Source: Salpingoeca rosetta (Eukaryota; Protista; Choanoflagellata). From it: a stretch of DNA of 64,000 nucleotides. The stretch lies in NCBI GenBank assembly GCA_033442325.1, contig JAWQFM010000005.1:365707-429706 (forward strand), in the 5' to 3' direction. Under the pieces are notes generated by a model, which had not been told where the DNA came from, did no database searches, and saw only the letters and a list, made by a program, of their open reading frames with translations. Each line of letters opens with the position of its first letter. Positions within the stretch are counted from its first letter, which is position 1. Shown here piece after piece: positions 40,852 to 61,694 of the stretch. Made by a program: the position numbers and the translations under genes.

Positions 40852-42087
40852 TCATGATCGTGAGATGTGTGTGATGGTGCTGCGGACGTCTGTGAGAACA
40901 GTCATCATCTGCCGCGTAATTTGATTTGCAACCGCTTCAAGACCATCGCACTCCGCCTGCAGCTCCTGCGCAATCGCATCCGTGTCAGCCTGAGGTGCAG
41001 TGGTGGTGGTGGTGGTGGTGGTGGTGGTGGTGGTGAGCAAGGGATGAGATGTTCGGAGTCACAAGAAAGCTCCTGGACACTGGCGTGGCAGGCAGCGGTA
41101 GGCACAACGCAACAGTGCAACACAACACGCAAGGCCAAGCCATTGAACACACTACACATCACATCATACCACAAAACACACACACACATCACATCACACA
41201 CACCACACCACATACACACACCACAGACATACACACACACCACACCTTCTTGTTTGTGCGCATGGCCTTGTTGAGGCGGCGGTGGAGGTTTCGATGCTTT
41301 GTGGTGAAGGCGTCAACAACATCGTGCAGGCTGTCCTTCTCAAGAGAGGACGACGTGCGTGTCTTCTCAAGCACAATCACACTCATCTCCTGTAGTGGTG
41401 GTGGGAAATGCGGAAAAAGAGATGAGCCAACAAGGCGGGACGAAGACACTCACGCCCCCGCCACATAGCTACAGCTTCAACATCAACATCCAACACCACA
41501 CCACAAATCACACTGCACCACAAATCACACCACACTACACCACACCACGTACCTTCTCGAGCTGGCCCTTTTCAATCTGCAGGAACTCGACCTCCTGCTG
41601 CAGGTCCTCAATGACCGCCTGCAGCCGTCGCTTCTCCTCCAGCCACATCGCCTCCATCACCACAGCATCCATCTGCCGCTCAAAGTCGCGCGCAACAGGG
41701 TCCCGCGACGAGCCCCCATCACCATCACCACCACCATCATCATCACCGCCATCACCATCATCACGGCCTTCGCCTATCGCACTGCCAACACCACTGCGAA
41801 GCCCGCTGTCGTTCACAGCACCGCTGTCGTCGCCAACACTCACGCTGCGACTGCCCTTTGTCTTCGTCTTTTTCCCCTGTGTGCTGGCGAATCTGGCGCC
41901 CGTCTCGCCCTTGCGTCGCATCTCAGGCATTGCCCGCCCACTCTTCACCTCTCCGCCAAACGCAGCGCCGTCACCAGCACGCGCTGACGACGACAGCGCT
42001 GTTGCTGCAGCTGCTGTCCACTTTCCGCGCACATTGCGCCGGTCGTTGCTACCATCACCACCACCACCGGTACCACCGCCACCACCC

Positions 42088-42118
<31 letters not shown>

Positions 42119-45100
42119 CTGGCAGCGACATGGTTGCCGACAGGAGCCCGCCCGTGTGTTGCCGTCGCAGCTTCGTCGTGCCATCGCCCTGCTTCCCCCA
42201 CAGCTCTAACACCAGCACGTTTGTCTTGAGATAGTTGACAAAGTTTGGGCTGCACGTGCGAATGGTGAACTGCTTGCTATATGCAAACTCTGCCGCCTGC
42301 GGCGAGCGATACACCTCGCGCGTTGTGCGCTTCTTCGCGTCCGTGTAGAACCGGTAGCGGCAGGCCACCCCGCGCGTCGTGTCCTGCTGCACCCACTCCA
42401 CATCGCGCGCCCGGTCAATGCGCACCAGCACATCCACGCGCCGGTCGGCAAAGTCAGACGGGTCTTGCACGAGCGCAAAGTCAGGCAGCGTCTTGCCTCC
42501 GTGGTCGCACAGGGACACATGCACATCAAGCAGGGCAACGGTGAGGCCGCGGTAGTCTGTGACGGGCAGCGTCTCGTCCACGCCGACGCCAAACGCCAGC
42601 GGCTGCAAGTACACAAAGCTGCTGCCGAGAAACAGGTCCTCTGGCGGATCCCAGAACGGGTCATTTGCGTGTGCACTCGCGCTGTTGTTGGTGGTGGTGT
42701 TGCTGCTCACCCCTGCTGGTGGCGTTGGTGATGGTGACGACAGCACAGGCGATGTACCGGACACCGCCGTTGCTATTGCTGTTGCTCGTGCCGTGTGCAT
42801 GCCAAAGAGCTCATCACCAGAATTGGTGTGTTCGCGCTGGGCCACTGCGTGCTGCTGCTGCTGCTGCTTGTGCTGGTCTTTCTTCGCCTGCAGGGCACTG
42901 CTATAACTGTTTGCTCGCCGGGGCGCCTTGCCCTTCCCTCCATTCGCAGCACCACCAGTGCTACTGCTACTACTGCTGCTGTGGATCTTCGCATAGCCAG
43001 CGCCACCGCCATTTGGCTTGGACGACGATGTTGTTGCTGTTGCCGCTGATGAGGACGACGACAAGGCACTCGGAAGCACGCTGCTGCTTTTGCTCTTCTT
43101 TCCTCCTCCTCCTTTTCCTCTTCCTGCTGCCTTTGCCTTTCGCCCAGCCCCCACCCCTCCTCCACCATCACCGCTGCTGCCATTCACGGCTCCGTCCTCG
43201 CTAATCGTGCCCGGGTGCATGGCCCTGTGCTTGTTTGCCTGCTGTTTTCGCTCCAGCGACTGCCGGAGTTGACTTCCGCGTCGCTCCCGCTGCTCCTTCT
43301 GCCGCTCGTTGAACATCATCTTCATCAGCTCGCAGCGATTCACAAACTTGGCCCTGTCCCACCGCCACACAAACCCCGTGGTCGTGTCCGTGACCTGCAC
43401 CAGCACCTCTTTGCTCTTGTCGTTCAGCGCGTGCGTCGTGCCGGTCTTCACCACAATCTCAAACCGCACCCCGCGCTTCAGCTCTGCGCTGATGGCGTTG
43501 GCTGTCGTCACCATCGGCGCAACAGCGACAAGCGCCTGCCGCAGCCGCTGCGTGTCCGGATCCATGGAAAGATTTGTGGACGCGCGCAGGAACTGGCCCA
43601 GGCCCTGCGCGCTCGCAATCTCCATTTGCACAAAGTCGTAGTCGTAGTTCTGCACATCAGCAACCGTGTCGCTCTCGCGCGCGCTCTGCTCGGCAAAGTA
43701 GAGGTATGCCTGGCCCGGGCCAAACACAACCCGATCAAGGTGCTGCAGTGCCCTTGCATGGCCAGGCGCAACCACCTCGCCGTTCACCCGCACCTGCACG
43801 TCCTCACTCGTCACACCACCATTCCCGGCCCCACCGCTGTTAGTCGCGCCGTCGCCGCCGCCGCCAATGCTGTGACCGCCGACGGGTTCGGGGGTGAGCA
43901 CCACCTGCGTGCCCTTTCGCTCGAGTTTGCAGTGGCGCTGCTGGATGCTTGGTCCGCTCATTTCCAGGATGTGGTCCACGTCCGCAAACAGGTCGCTGTG
44001 CTCGTCAAGCGTCTCCTCGTCCATGTTGTCGAGCCTGGCCACCATCGTCACGCCCTCCGGCAACACGTGCTTGATCACGTGCGACAGCTGCGGGTCTGGG
44101 TTGATGTTGCTGAGGTGCGCGTCTGCCTGGATTTCGCTCTGCTGTGCGAGGGCAAGCAGGTTGTCGTCCAGCGAGAGCTGCTGCTCCCACTCCTGCCGCG
44201 CTGCCTCCAGCTGCTTGGACCACTGCGTCTCCAAGTCCGCCACCTCTCTCCCCAGCAGCTGCTTGTCTGCGCGCACCTCGGCCAGTTGCTCCGGTGTCAT
44301 GCCGCCCTCGGAGAGCACAGCCATCAGCCGCGCGTTCTCCTCGCGCAGCTCCCGGATCAGCTTGTCTGTTGGGCTCTCGTTCACCACGGCCTTGTTGCGG
44401 ATCTGCTTGGCCCTGTCAGCGTAGCGCAGCGTGGAGAGCGTCTCCTCGTAGTTGATGGCGGCGGGGCTGATGGCTGCGATCATGTTGGTCTTGGAGTTTC
44501 CGCCAAGCGCGTTGTGCAGGAGCTTGGTCAGGGCCGAGTTCCGGTATGGCACCACGACGTCTGTGCGGCCGGCGCCGCGCTCGGCCAGTGCAGATATGAC
44601 GTTGCCCAGGGTGGAGAGGGACTGGTTGATGGCTGCGCCTTCCTTCAGGCGGTCTGAGACGGCGGCGCTTGCTTCGGCGCGCTCGGAGCCCGCCAGGTCA
44701 ACGAGGTGGATGTCCGAGTACTTTGTGGTGCTCTCGCCGCTGGTGTTGAGGAAGATCTGTTTCACGTGCAGAGTGACGACCATGTGGGAGCGGGAGGACG
44801 TCTCGTTCATGGTTGTGGCCGCTGTGGTCCGGTTACGAACGCCGAGGTCCATGCGCTTGCGAACGTCATCGTAGCTGCTCACGGCCACCTTCTGCAGGCC
44901 CTGCACGTAGAAGCCCTGCTTCGGGTGCTGCCTCAGCTTGAGCTCCCCGCCGGCAGATGAGAGAAGGTCGGTAATGCGCTCGTTGTAGATCTCCAGCATG
45001 GAGAAGGTGACCTGGTACTCGATACCGCCGCTGTGACTGCCTTGAGGGGCACCGCTGGGCCCGTTGTTGTTGTTGTTGTTGTTGTTGCTGGGGCGTGCTG

Positions 45101-45611
45101 GCGATGACGCTGCGTCGCCGACCGGGGAGGCGCGGGAGATTGCCGTTTCACGGAAGAGGTCGCGCGTGAGGCGCGGGATGATGCCTTCGTTTGCATTGTA
45201 GCCGACCATGGTGAAGGACTTGCCGGCGCCGGTCTGGCCGTACGCGAAGATGGCGGCGTTGTAGCCGTCCATGGCGTCCTTGACGGCGTCCTTGCCCAGG
45301 TCACGGTACACGGTTTCCTGGTCCGCGTAGTTGTCTGCCTTCTTGACGATGGTGCCATCTGGCTGTGTCTCGAACCCGTCAAAGGACCAGTACGAGTAGT
45401 CGAAGGTGAACGGGCGCGGCTGGCGCGTGCCACTTGGATCCTGCAGGATGGTCTGGCTGCCCTTCATCTCTACCACGCACCGTGCTGCCGAGTGCAGCTC
45501 GCGGCTGTTGAACGGGCGCACGCGCACCGCCACACGCACGGCGTCACTGCCACCCACCCCGTGGGACACAGAGGCCCTCCTCCTCACAGTCCGCTTCCCG
45601 TTCGTCGCCAT
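40852..45611 (-). CDS. Kinesin-3 family motor, KIF28/KLP-6-like (motor, FHA, KIF1B-type region, C2-like, coiled coil)
   Basis: VRVAVRVRPFN, FTFDYSYWS, AYGQTGAGKSFTM, MNETSSRSH, LVDLAGSER, AVVNESP; FHA region HLSNINPDPQLS..LQHLDRVVFG; WDRAKFVNR and DPFWDP. One exon of about 4.06 kb plus two small 3' exons ending ...HISRS*. Confidence 0.9.
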
Positions 45612-45830
45612 GGCGATGTGCTTGAAGCGGGGAGGGGGGGGGGGGCAAGGGGAGAGAAGAAAGGATAAAGGAGGGGAAGGGTGAGGAGAAGGAAGGGCCA
45701 ACAACAACCGGTCAGCGATGCACAACAACCCCAAACAACAACACGACAACACGACCGGACAACGACACGATAAATTGCATTTTCGTGTGTGCAAGCAGCG
45801 CCACCACACAACACACAGCACAGCACGACC

Positions 45831-50187
<4,357 letters not shown>

Positions 50188-50312
50188 CGTGTACACGAGG
50201 AACAGGGCAGCATCCTTTCTCACCACAGCTGGCTGCTTAGCTCTCCTTGAATGTGTTGTGATGTGAATGTGTGCGTGTGTGCGGGGGGGGTGAGGTGTGG
50301 TGATGATGGTGG

Positions 50313-50833
<521 letters not shown>

Positions 50834-51083
50834 AGGGGCTGGGAAGAAACGCGACGCCACAAAAACATCGCCGAACAAAACAGAAATGAAACAGAGCGAT
50901 GGAAGAATGGAATTGCAACTATCACCAGTGCAAACAAAATCAACGGTCTTTGTATCAACCACACAGCACAACAGAGAGGGAGTGGGGTGCTGGGAGAAGG
51001 GGGGAGGGGATCCACGTTCCACGCAAATGTGAACGAACGTGCACTTTCATGCACATGCAGGCGCAACACGTGCACCAGCATCA

Positions 51084-54000
51084 TCACATGAGCACCTGCC
51101 CTTGAACAATGCGGTTCCACACATCGCTGTCGAAGGAGGTCAGTGGATTGGACCTCACGTCGAGGTTGCCTGTGATCACCTGCAGCCGCCCACGCTCGAT
51201 TGTTGTCAAGCGGTTGTTGCTCAGGTCGACATTGCCCTCGACGCGTGTCACGCTTCCAAAATCAAACGTGGTCATGGAGTTGTACCCCAGAAGCACATCT
51301 GACGGCACTGAGGTGAGGGATTGTAGATCCAGCATTGTCAGCTGGCAGCTACGAAGGTCGATCATACCAGAGACAGAGGTCAGCCTGCCAAAATCAACCC
51401 GCTTCAAGTTGAAGTTGGGCCATGCGATGGCATGGTTGAGCGAGGTGAGCTGCCCCAGATCAATTGCAACAAGGTTTTGGTTCTCAGAAGGCCTTTTCCC
51501 AAGCTGCAGCCTGCCTTTGATGGAAGAAATGAGCTGGAGGTCAATGGTGGAAAACCTGTTGCCCCTCAAGTCAAGATCTCCACCGATGCTCTGCAGTGGG
51601 CCAAAGTCAACATTGTACAGGCTCTGGTACTTCAGGGACAGGCTGCCGCCAAGCTGCGTGAGGCCGGCGAAGGCCAGCCTCGACTGATAAGCTGTCACGT
51701 TAAGGGACGAGTCCATGGCAGCGCCGCTGTTGAACTGGATCGTGACTGGCAGGTGTTCCGTGGTACCGCATCTCAGTTCCCCGCGCAAGTGCTGCAAATT
51801 GCGCAGAAGAATATGGGTGATCTGATTTGCTTGGAGGTTCAGGGTTCCGCCCACATGTGTCACGCGTTGGATGTCAAACGCCGTCAGGTCGTTGTAATAC
51901 AGTTCAATGTTGCCTTCCACCCTCGTCAGCTCACCAAAGTCCACGTGCGTGAGCTGGGCGTTAACAAAACTCAGGTCCTGCGAGAGCGTCGTTAACCTGC
52001 CCATGCGCAACTCTTTCAACTTCGATAAGCCATCAAAATTAATGGCACCGCCCAGCTCCTGGAGGCTCCCGAGGTCAATGCTGGTCAGCTCGCGGTTGTA
52101 CCTAAGGTTGAGGCCGCCGCCCACAGACGTGACGTTGGCAAGCGTAATTTCCGTGAAATCGTTGAACGACAGATCCATGTCACCCTTGACAGTGTGCAGG
52201 TCACCAAAGTCAAATCGCGTGAGACCGTTGTCGTGCAGGTCCAGACTGCCGGAAACAGTGGCCAGACCTCGTATCCCACATGACGGCTGGTTGTAACCGT
52301 AGCTGAGCGTGAGATCTGACCTCAATGTCCTGCCCGCATCAAAGTGGATGACAGACAGGGGATTGCCCCGAACATTGACGCTACGAATGTGCTCGATGCT
52401 GCCCAAATTCAGGAACGTCAATCGGTTGTTCTGCAGGGCCAGGGAAGTGGCCACCACCTTCAGGCCACTCAAATCAAGGGAGGTCAGCTGATTGCCACGC
52501 AGGTCAATCTGCCCAGCAACGGAGGTCACGTCGCCAATGTCAAAGTGCGTCAGCCTGCCATGCACTGTCAGCGACGACGCCAGCAGTGTTAGGCCTCCCA
52601 GGTTTACGACTGCCAAGTGCGGGGTGGTGCCCAGGGCAATGTGGCCACCAATGGATGAAACGCTTCCAAAGTCCAGTGTGGTCAGCCGGTTGTTGCCAGT
52701 TAAGTCCAATACTCCGCCAATGCGAATGATTGAGGAGAATTTGAGGCTGTCAAGGCCACTGTGGTCAAGAACCACATCACCCTGCACGGTTCTGAGGGTT
52801 CCACGAACGTCAAGAGTCGACAGCTGGTTGTAGCTGAGTGTCAACGTGCCAAACATGGTCGTTGGGCCTTCAATGTTCACAGACGTCAGCCTGTTCGCGC
52901 TGAGCACCAGCCCTTTGATGGTTGTCATGTTTCCAAAGTGAAGGCTCTCAAGGGTTCGGAAGGCATTGTCTCGCAAATCAATCTCGCCGCCAATGGATTG
53001 AACGTTTCCAAAGTCGCACGATGTTAGCTTGTTGTGACTCAGGTCAACACGCCCAGCAATAGTGAGCGCATTATTGAAGTTCATCACGGACAGTTGGTTG
53101 TGACTCAGGTCAACACGCCCAGCAACAGTGCGGACGTTGCGAAGGTCCACCGTCCCCAGCTGGTTGTTGCTCAGGTCAACGCCGCCGCTGATGGCTGTGA
53201 CAGCACCAAAGGAGATGGTTGTCAACATGTTGCCGCTCACGTCGATCTGCGAAATGTTTGCTAGTTGCGCCAGGTCAAGCTGTGTGAGGCGAGCATGCAC
53301 AGTCAGGGAGCCGCTGATGGTCTTGACGTTGCCCAGATCCAAGGCGGCAAGGTGGGGGTTGTCGGACAGGCGCAGGTGGCCGCCAATCTGGGTGACGGCA
53401 CCCAAGTCAACGGCAGTCAGCCGGTTGCTCATCGCGTCGAGATCACCGCCAATGACCTGGAGGCGATCACCAAAGCTGAGAGACGTCAGCAGGTTGTTGC
53501 TGACACTCACACGGCCGCCAACTTCGCGAATCTTGCCAAAGCTGATCTGCCTGAGTTGGTTGTTGCGCAAGTCAATGCTGTCCTGCACGTGCTTGACAGC
53601 GCCAAAATCCAGGGATGTGATGATGTTGTTGCCCAAGTAGATGGCGCCGATTTTCTTGACGTTCTGGAAGTTGACTATGGAGAGGCGGTTGTAGTTGAGG
53701 TCCAGAGCGCCATCAATGGATTTAGCCTTGCCAAAGTCGATGAGCTCAATCATACCACCCGAGCCACGCACATCGCCGCCAATGGAGCGTATTGAGCCAA
53801 AGTGCACCTGGGTCTGCGCGCTGCTCAAGGATACGACATCCGTGACCTTGTGCAGGCTGTAGAATTCGGGACAGCAGCACTCAATAACGTTGGATGCCTT
53901 GGTGTAGGACATGTCACGGAACTGTTGACGTGTAAAGGGGTCTGAGCAGTCCAGAGGGTGGCCAGGGCCAGACGAGGATGACGAGGACGAGGTGATACCC

Positions 54001-54309
54001 ACAGGGATACCAATCACAAGTGCCAAGATGCAGATGGCACCGATAGCCGCCAGCACAAGGCGGTTCCTGCTGTACGTTGGACCAACAGCAGCGGACGGCC
54101 GAAATGCGTGCAATCCAACGGCACGCGGAGTGGCGATGGTGGCGTCCGCGTGCTCATTGTCTGCTGACTCCACGAGTGCGTCTGTGTCCGTCTCTCCAAA
54201 GTGGCCAACATTCCACATTGGTTGGGTGGATGCTGTTGCGCTGGGCGCAGACACATCTGGCATCGTCGCAGGACCCCGAGCAGGTGGCTGTGTGTGTGTG
54301 TGTGCGTGC

Positions 54310-54404
<95 letters not shown>

Positions 54405-55018
54405 TGCGTGCGTGTGAGTTTGTGTGTGTGTGTGTGAGTTTGTGTAAGCGAGGGGGAAGTGGACGTAAATGACTTGGAAAGTGTGACATGTGATGTGAGC
54501 ATGTTGTGCGAGCGCGCATGCTTGAGGTCAGAGAGCAAGAGAAAAGCAGTGTCAAGCATGAACCCCCATGCAGCAGTACACCGCGAACGGCTGAAAGCAA
54601 GGGGCAAAGAGTGCTTGCAGCAGCAATAGCCTTGTAGCAGGCATGCTTTGGCTGCGGCTCACCGTGGCAGTGGGAAGGTTTGCCGAAGCAGGATTCGGTG
54701 CAAACTGTTGCGCGAACTCCACATCGCCGCTAATGTGGCGGGGCTGCCCATCAAACACAAACGGTGCCTCCTCTGCAAACGAATTCCGTGTGGTCCCTTG
54801 GGCTCCAGGTGATGTGCTTGCTGTGACATCAGCGCTAGCTGCGGCCTGTTAGGGTTGTGTTGGCCAGTGGCATCAATGTGTGTGATGAGCAAGAGGTAGT
54901 GAGGTAAGTGTGAGGTAGTGTTGTTGTGGGGGGGGGGAGTTGTTGTTGCACCGTGCAAAGGTAGAGGGGGAGCAGTCCACAACACGAGAGCACGGGAGAG
55001 AGCACGGGAGAGAGAGAG

Positions 55019-55079
<61 letters not shown>

Positions 55080-55401
55080 GTGTGTGTGTGTGTGAAAGAG
55101 AGAGAAAGCCATACGTCGCGCTCGCTCGCGCACAAACCGTGGTTCCGGTCGCGGTGGTGGCTGTTGAGTGGGGGTGTCCTTGTTCGACCAATTCAATGAC
55201 AGAGTGCATCGGCTGCAGTTCTTGCTGCTGAGGCTGCTCCTCTTCAGAGTCGGCGTCAGCGCGAAGAAAGTGTGCAATGCCTGGCATTGTCGTCGTTGCT
55301 GTTGTTGTTCCCTGCTGGGTTGATGGAGACGAGCCGTTGTTGTTGTGGCTTCCGGCCCTCTTGTCACCACCAGGTTCCCCGTTGTCGGTGTTCCCGGACA
55401 T
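51084..55401 (-). CDS. Type II single-pass membrane protein (about 1216 aa) with about 40 extracellular 22-aa LRR/receptor-L-like repeats
   Basis: Exons 55401-55138, 54845-54663 and 54287-51084 join in phase 0. TM segment LVLAAIGAICILALVIGIPVGI, Cys cap (LDCSD..ECCCPE) and repeat consensus LTxLDFGxVxxIGGxLDLSxNx. Confidence 0.85.
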
Positions 55402-55971
55402 GGTTCAGCGGTATTGTGTGTGGCGGTGTGCTCTTGTGCTGCAGGCTGTTGTGACGCTGAAGGAAGGAAGGAAGGAAGGTAGGAAGGCTGGGCTAGGTTG
55501 TCCTGTTGTCCAGGTTCCTGCTCGATCGAGGTTGTGTTGAAGTGAGCCTTTGAGCTTTGAGTGTTGTCCTGCTACAGTCTTGCAGTTCTGCTGCGGCTGT
55601 GCGGCTGTGCTTGTGGTTTGATCTTCTTGTTCTGGTGTGCTTGGCGTCGCCCTGTTCCGTTGTCGTGGCTCAGCAGCTTCCTCGTTGTTCTTCTGCCGTG
55701 AGTGATGGGATGATTTGATGAAACAGACAAGGCCTTGAAGGTCTGTGAGAGAGAGAGAGAGCGAGAGAAGGAGAGAGAGTGTGTGTGTATGCAGAGGTGC
55801 AGTTGAAGTGCTTGCGTGCTTGCGAGCAACCATCAAACGACTGAGAAACGACCGAGGGGAAGTGGCCGCCAGTTGTGGAGATATCACACGATTTTTTGTT
55901 GGTGTGTGTGCCAAGTTTCTCAACCGATTACATGCTGTCGTTTGTTGATTCTGCTGTTGGCTGCGACGACG

Positions 55972-57072
55972 ATGGGGAAGCCTGTGTCGTTTGGGGAGGT
56001 GGCTGCGCTGATAGCGCTGGTGGCATCCATTGCGTGTCTGCTGTACGCGCACGCCAGCGTGTCTGTGGGCCTGGCGGCAATCGACGCCACGGCCGAACGG
56101 CTGGGCCTGCACGAGCTCCAGCAGGGCGCAGACGGGGTTGCAGGCCGCGGTGGCGACAGTGATGGGCGGCGCAACTACGCTGGCGGCACGCAAGGGCATG
56201 GTGGCGCAGAGAGCAGAGGGATAAGAATAGACGACGCAGAGGACGTGCAGTATGGGGTGGTGCCGACGAAGAAGCTGGCGAAGCTCAAGTCCACCATGGC
56301 AAAGCGGCGAGGCAGCTCCGAAGCTGCCGCGCTGGCGCGCAAGGCCATTGCTGGCCGGTTCTGGGAGGAGGACAACATCTGCCTTCACTCGCACAAGCTG
56401 CTGCCCGGGTGCCCGTTCAATGGGCAGGTGCCGCTGCTGGTGACTGGCGTGGGCCGGAGTGGAACGCACCACATCGCCAGTGCACTTCGCATGAAAGGGC
56501 TGGACATCTGCCACGAAGCCGTGTGCTCGCAAGGCAGCGTGTCGTGGACATACGCCGTGGTGGACCCCGACCACTTCTACCCCTGGGAGGCAAGCAAGCG
56601 GCGCATCAACAACCAGCGGTTCCAGCAGGTCTTCCACGTGGTGCGGCATCCCCTGCGGTGTGTTGCCAGCCTCACGACGTTCACAGGCCTATCGTGGCGG
56701 TTCATTGGCAAGCACACGCCACAGGTGCCTGATTTGGCGACCATGCAGCCTGTGCTTCGGCGCGCCCTCATCCACTGGGTGACGTGGAACCGGATGGTGG
56801 AGGTGTATGCCGACCGCCGCTTTCGCATGGAGGACACAATGCCTGCAGATGTGTGCCGCGCTGCAGGCTTTGAGGAGAACGTGTGCAGCAAGCGAATCAA
56901 CCGCGCCGCGCGGGCGAAGCGGCACCACACCACGGTGACCTGGGAAGACCTGTATCGGGTTGACGCGGAGTTTACGCGGGCAGCCATGCGACTCGCACAC
57001 AAGTACGGCTATGAGGACGCACGCCACGTGGTGGCTGGTGATGACGACGACGCCGGTGATGACGAGCAATGA
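55972..57072 (+). CDS. Intronless membrane-anchored PAPS-dependent sulfotransferase
   Basis: N-terminal TM segment [17 protein letters not shown]; [11 protein letters not shown] (5'-PSB) followed by HE; [14 protein letters not shown] (3'-PB); W..WN and FRMED. Confidence 0.8.
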   Translation: MGKPVSFGEVAALIALVASIACLLYAHASVSVGLAAIDATAERLGLHELQQGADGVAGRGGDSDGRRNYAGGTQGHGGAESRGIRIDDAEDVQYGVVPTKKLAKLKSTMAKRRGSSEAAALARKAIAGRFWEEDNICLHSHKLLPGCPFNGQVPLLVTGVGRSGTHHIASALRMKGLDICHEAVCSQGSVSWTYAVVDPDHFYPWEASKRRINNQRFQQVFHVVRHPLRCVASLTTFTGLSWRFIGKHTPQVPDLATMQPVLRRALIHWVTWNRMVEVYADRRFRMEDTMPADVCRAAGFEENVCSKRINRAARAKRHHTTVTWEDLYRVDAEFTRAAMRLAHKYGYEDARHVVAGDDDDAGDDEQ

Positions 57073-57161
57073 TACCCGTGGTTGACGGCGTGTGTGTGTG
57101 TGTGTGTGCATGTGTGTGTGGTTGGTCGGTGGTGGTGGTGGTGGGTGGGGGGGGCGGGTTG

Positions 57162-57198
<37 letters not shown>

Positions 57199-57581
57199 AC
57201 ATATGCGCGCGTGTGTGGTTGGTTGGGGGAGGGTTGCATGTGTGTGCGCGTGTGTACATGTGCGTGTGTGTGCGAACATGTGTGTGTGTGTGTGCGAACA
57301 TATGCGCGCATGTGTGCGGTTTCAGTTCAGAGTATGGCTAGAGTGTGCATATGGTGTTTTGTGGACGTGCCGTTGCGTGAAATGGCACATGCGTGCGCAC
57401 GCTCGTGCGTGTACTGATAACGGATTCTCTACTCTCCCAACATGACCGCAAGTTGGACTCTCAAAGAATACACGAACGATTACACACGAAACGAACAGAG
57501 ATCAAGGCGATGCGCATGGCAGAGCGAACAAAGAGTTGACGCGCATGAGGAACGCAAACGAAGATGAAAGCTGCCACATCT

Positions 57582-61066
<3,485 letters not shown>

Positions 61067-61140
61067 CACCTCTGTTGTCTTGGAAAACACACAACCATTT
61101 GATAAAAGCAAATTCTTCTACGTCAACATGTGCTCAAGTG

Positions 61141-61213
61141 GCACTTGTGGCGCAATGGATAGCGCTTTCGACTTCGGATCGAAGGGTTGCGGGTTCGAGT
61201 CCCGTCAAGTGTA
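61141..61213 (+). tRNA. tRNA-Arg (anticodon TCG)
   Basis: Cloverleaf: acceptor GCACTTG/CAAGTGT, D-stem GCGC/GCGC, anticodon stem TTCGA/TCGAA with loop CT-TCG-GA, T-arm GCGGG-TTCGAGT-CCCGT. A and B boxes present. Confidence 0.95.
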
Positions 61214-61218
61214 ACTGG

Positions 61219-61225
61219 TTTTTTT
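61219..61225 (+). terminator. Pol III oligo-T terminator of tRNA-Arg
   Basis: T7 run 5 nt after the discriminator base. Confidence 0.8.
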
Positions 61226-61298
61226 GTTCTCTTTCTTTTTTTTTGGGCTAAGACACCACCAAGGAATGGATGTTGCATGCTCATGCTGGTGGTGCTGT

Positions 61299-61694
61299 TG
61301 TTGGAGACTTGTGTGTGTGCAGAGTGTGCTGTGTGTTGTGTGGAAGATTGTCTTGGCAAGAGGGAGTTGTGTGTGTTTACTTGAGTTGTGAAGCAAACAA
61401 GGATGTAGGATGAATGAACACTCCAACAGAAATAAACAGAGCAGAAGACAAGAATTGTCGACAACGCAAAGTGGTGACGTGGCAGTGTTTGTTGAGAGTT
61501 GTGTGGTTATGTGGTGTGTTATGCAAGAGCATGTAACATCGAGCAACCACACAAGGTAAACACTGCACGTGCAACAGATTGGAGGGAAATCACGTGAACA
61601 TTCCAGAACACAAGAGAGGTGAGTGCAAATTTGTGGTGTCGTGAAGAAGGGAGGTCAATGATATGACTCAGCAGACAGGACTTGCCTGTCAACA
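61299..61694 (-). repeat. Putative 3' LTR (about 396 bp, TGTTG...CAACA)
   Basis: Starts TGTTG right after the PPT. The likeliest end is TCCAACA at 61299; alternatives are 61296 and 61271. Confidence 0.65.

Noticed and set aside
51084-54263. 66-nt periodicity as a possible CRISPR-like or non-coding array
   Set aside because: It is protein-coding repeat periodicity in an open frame, with no constant repeat/unique spacer structure, in a eukaryotic context.
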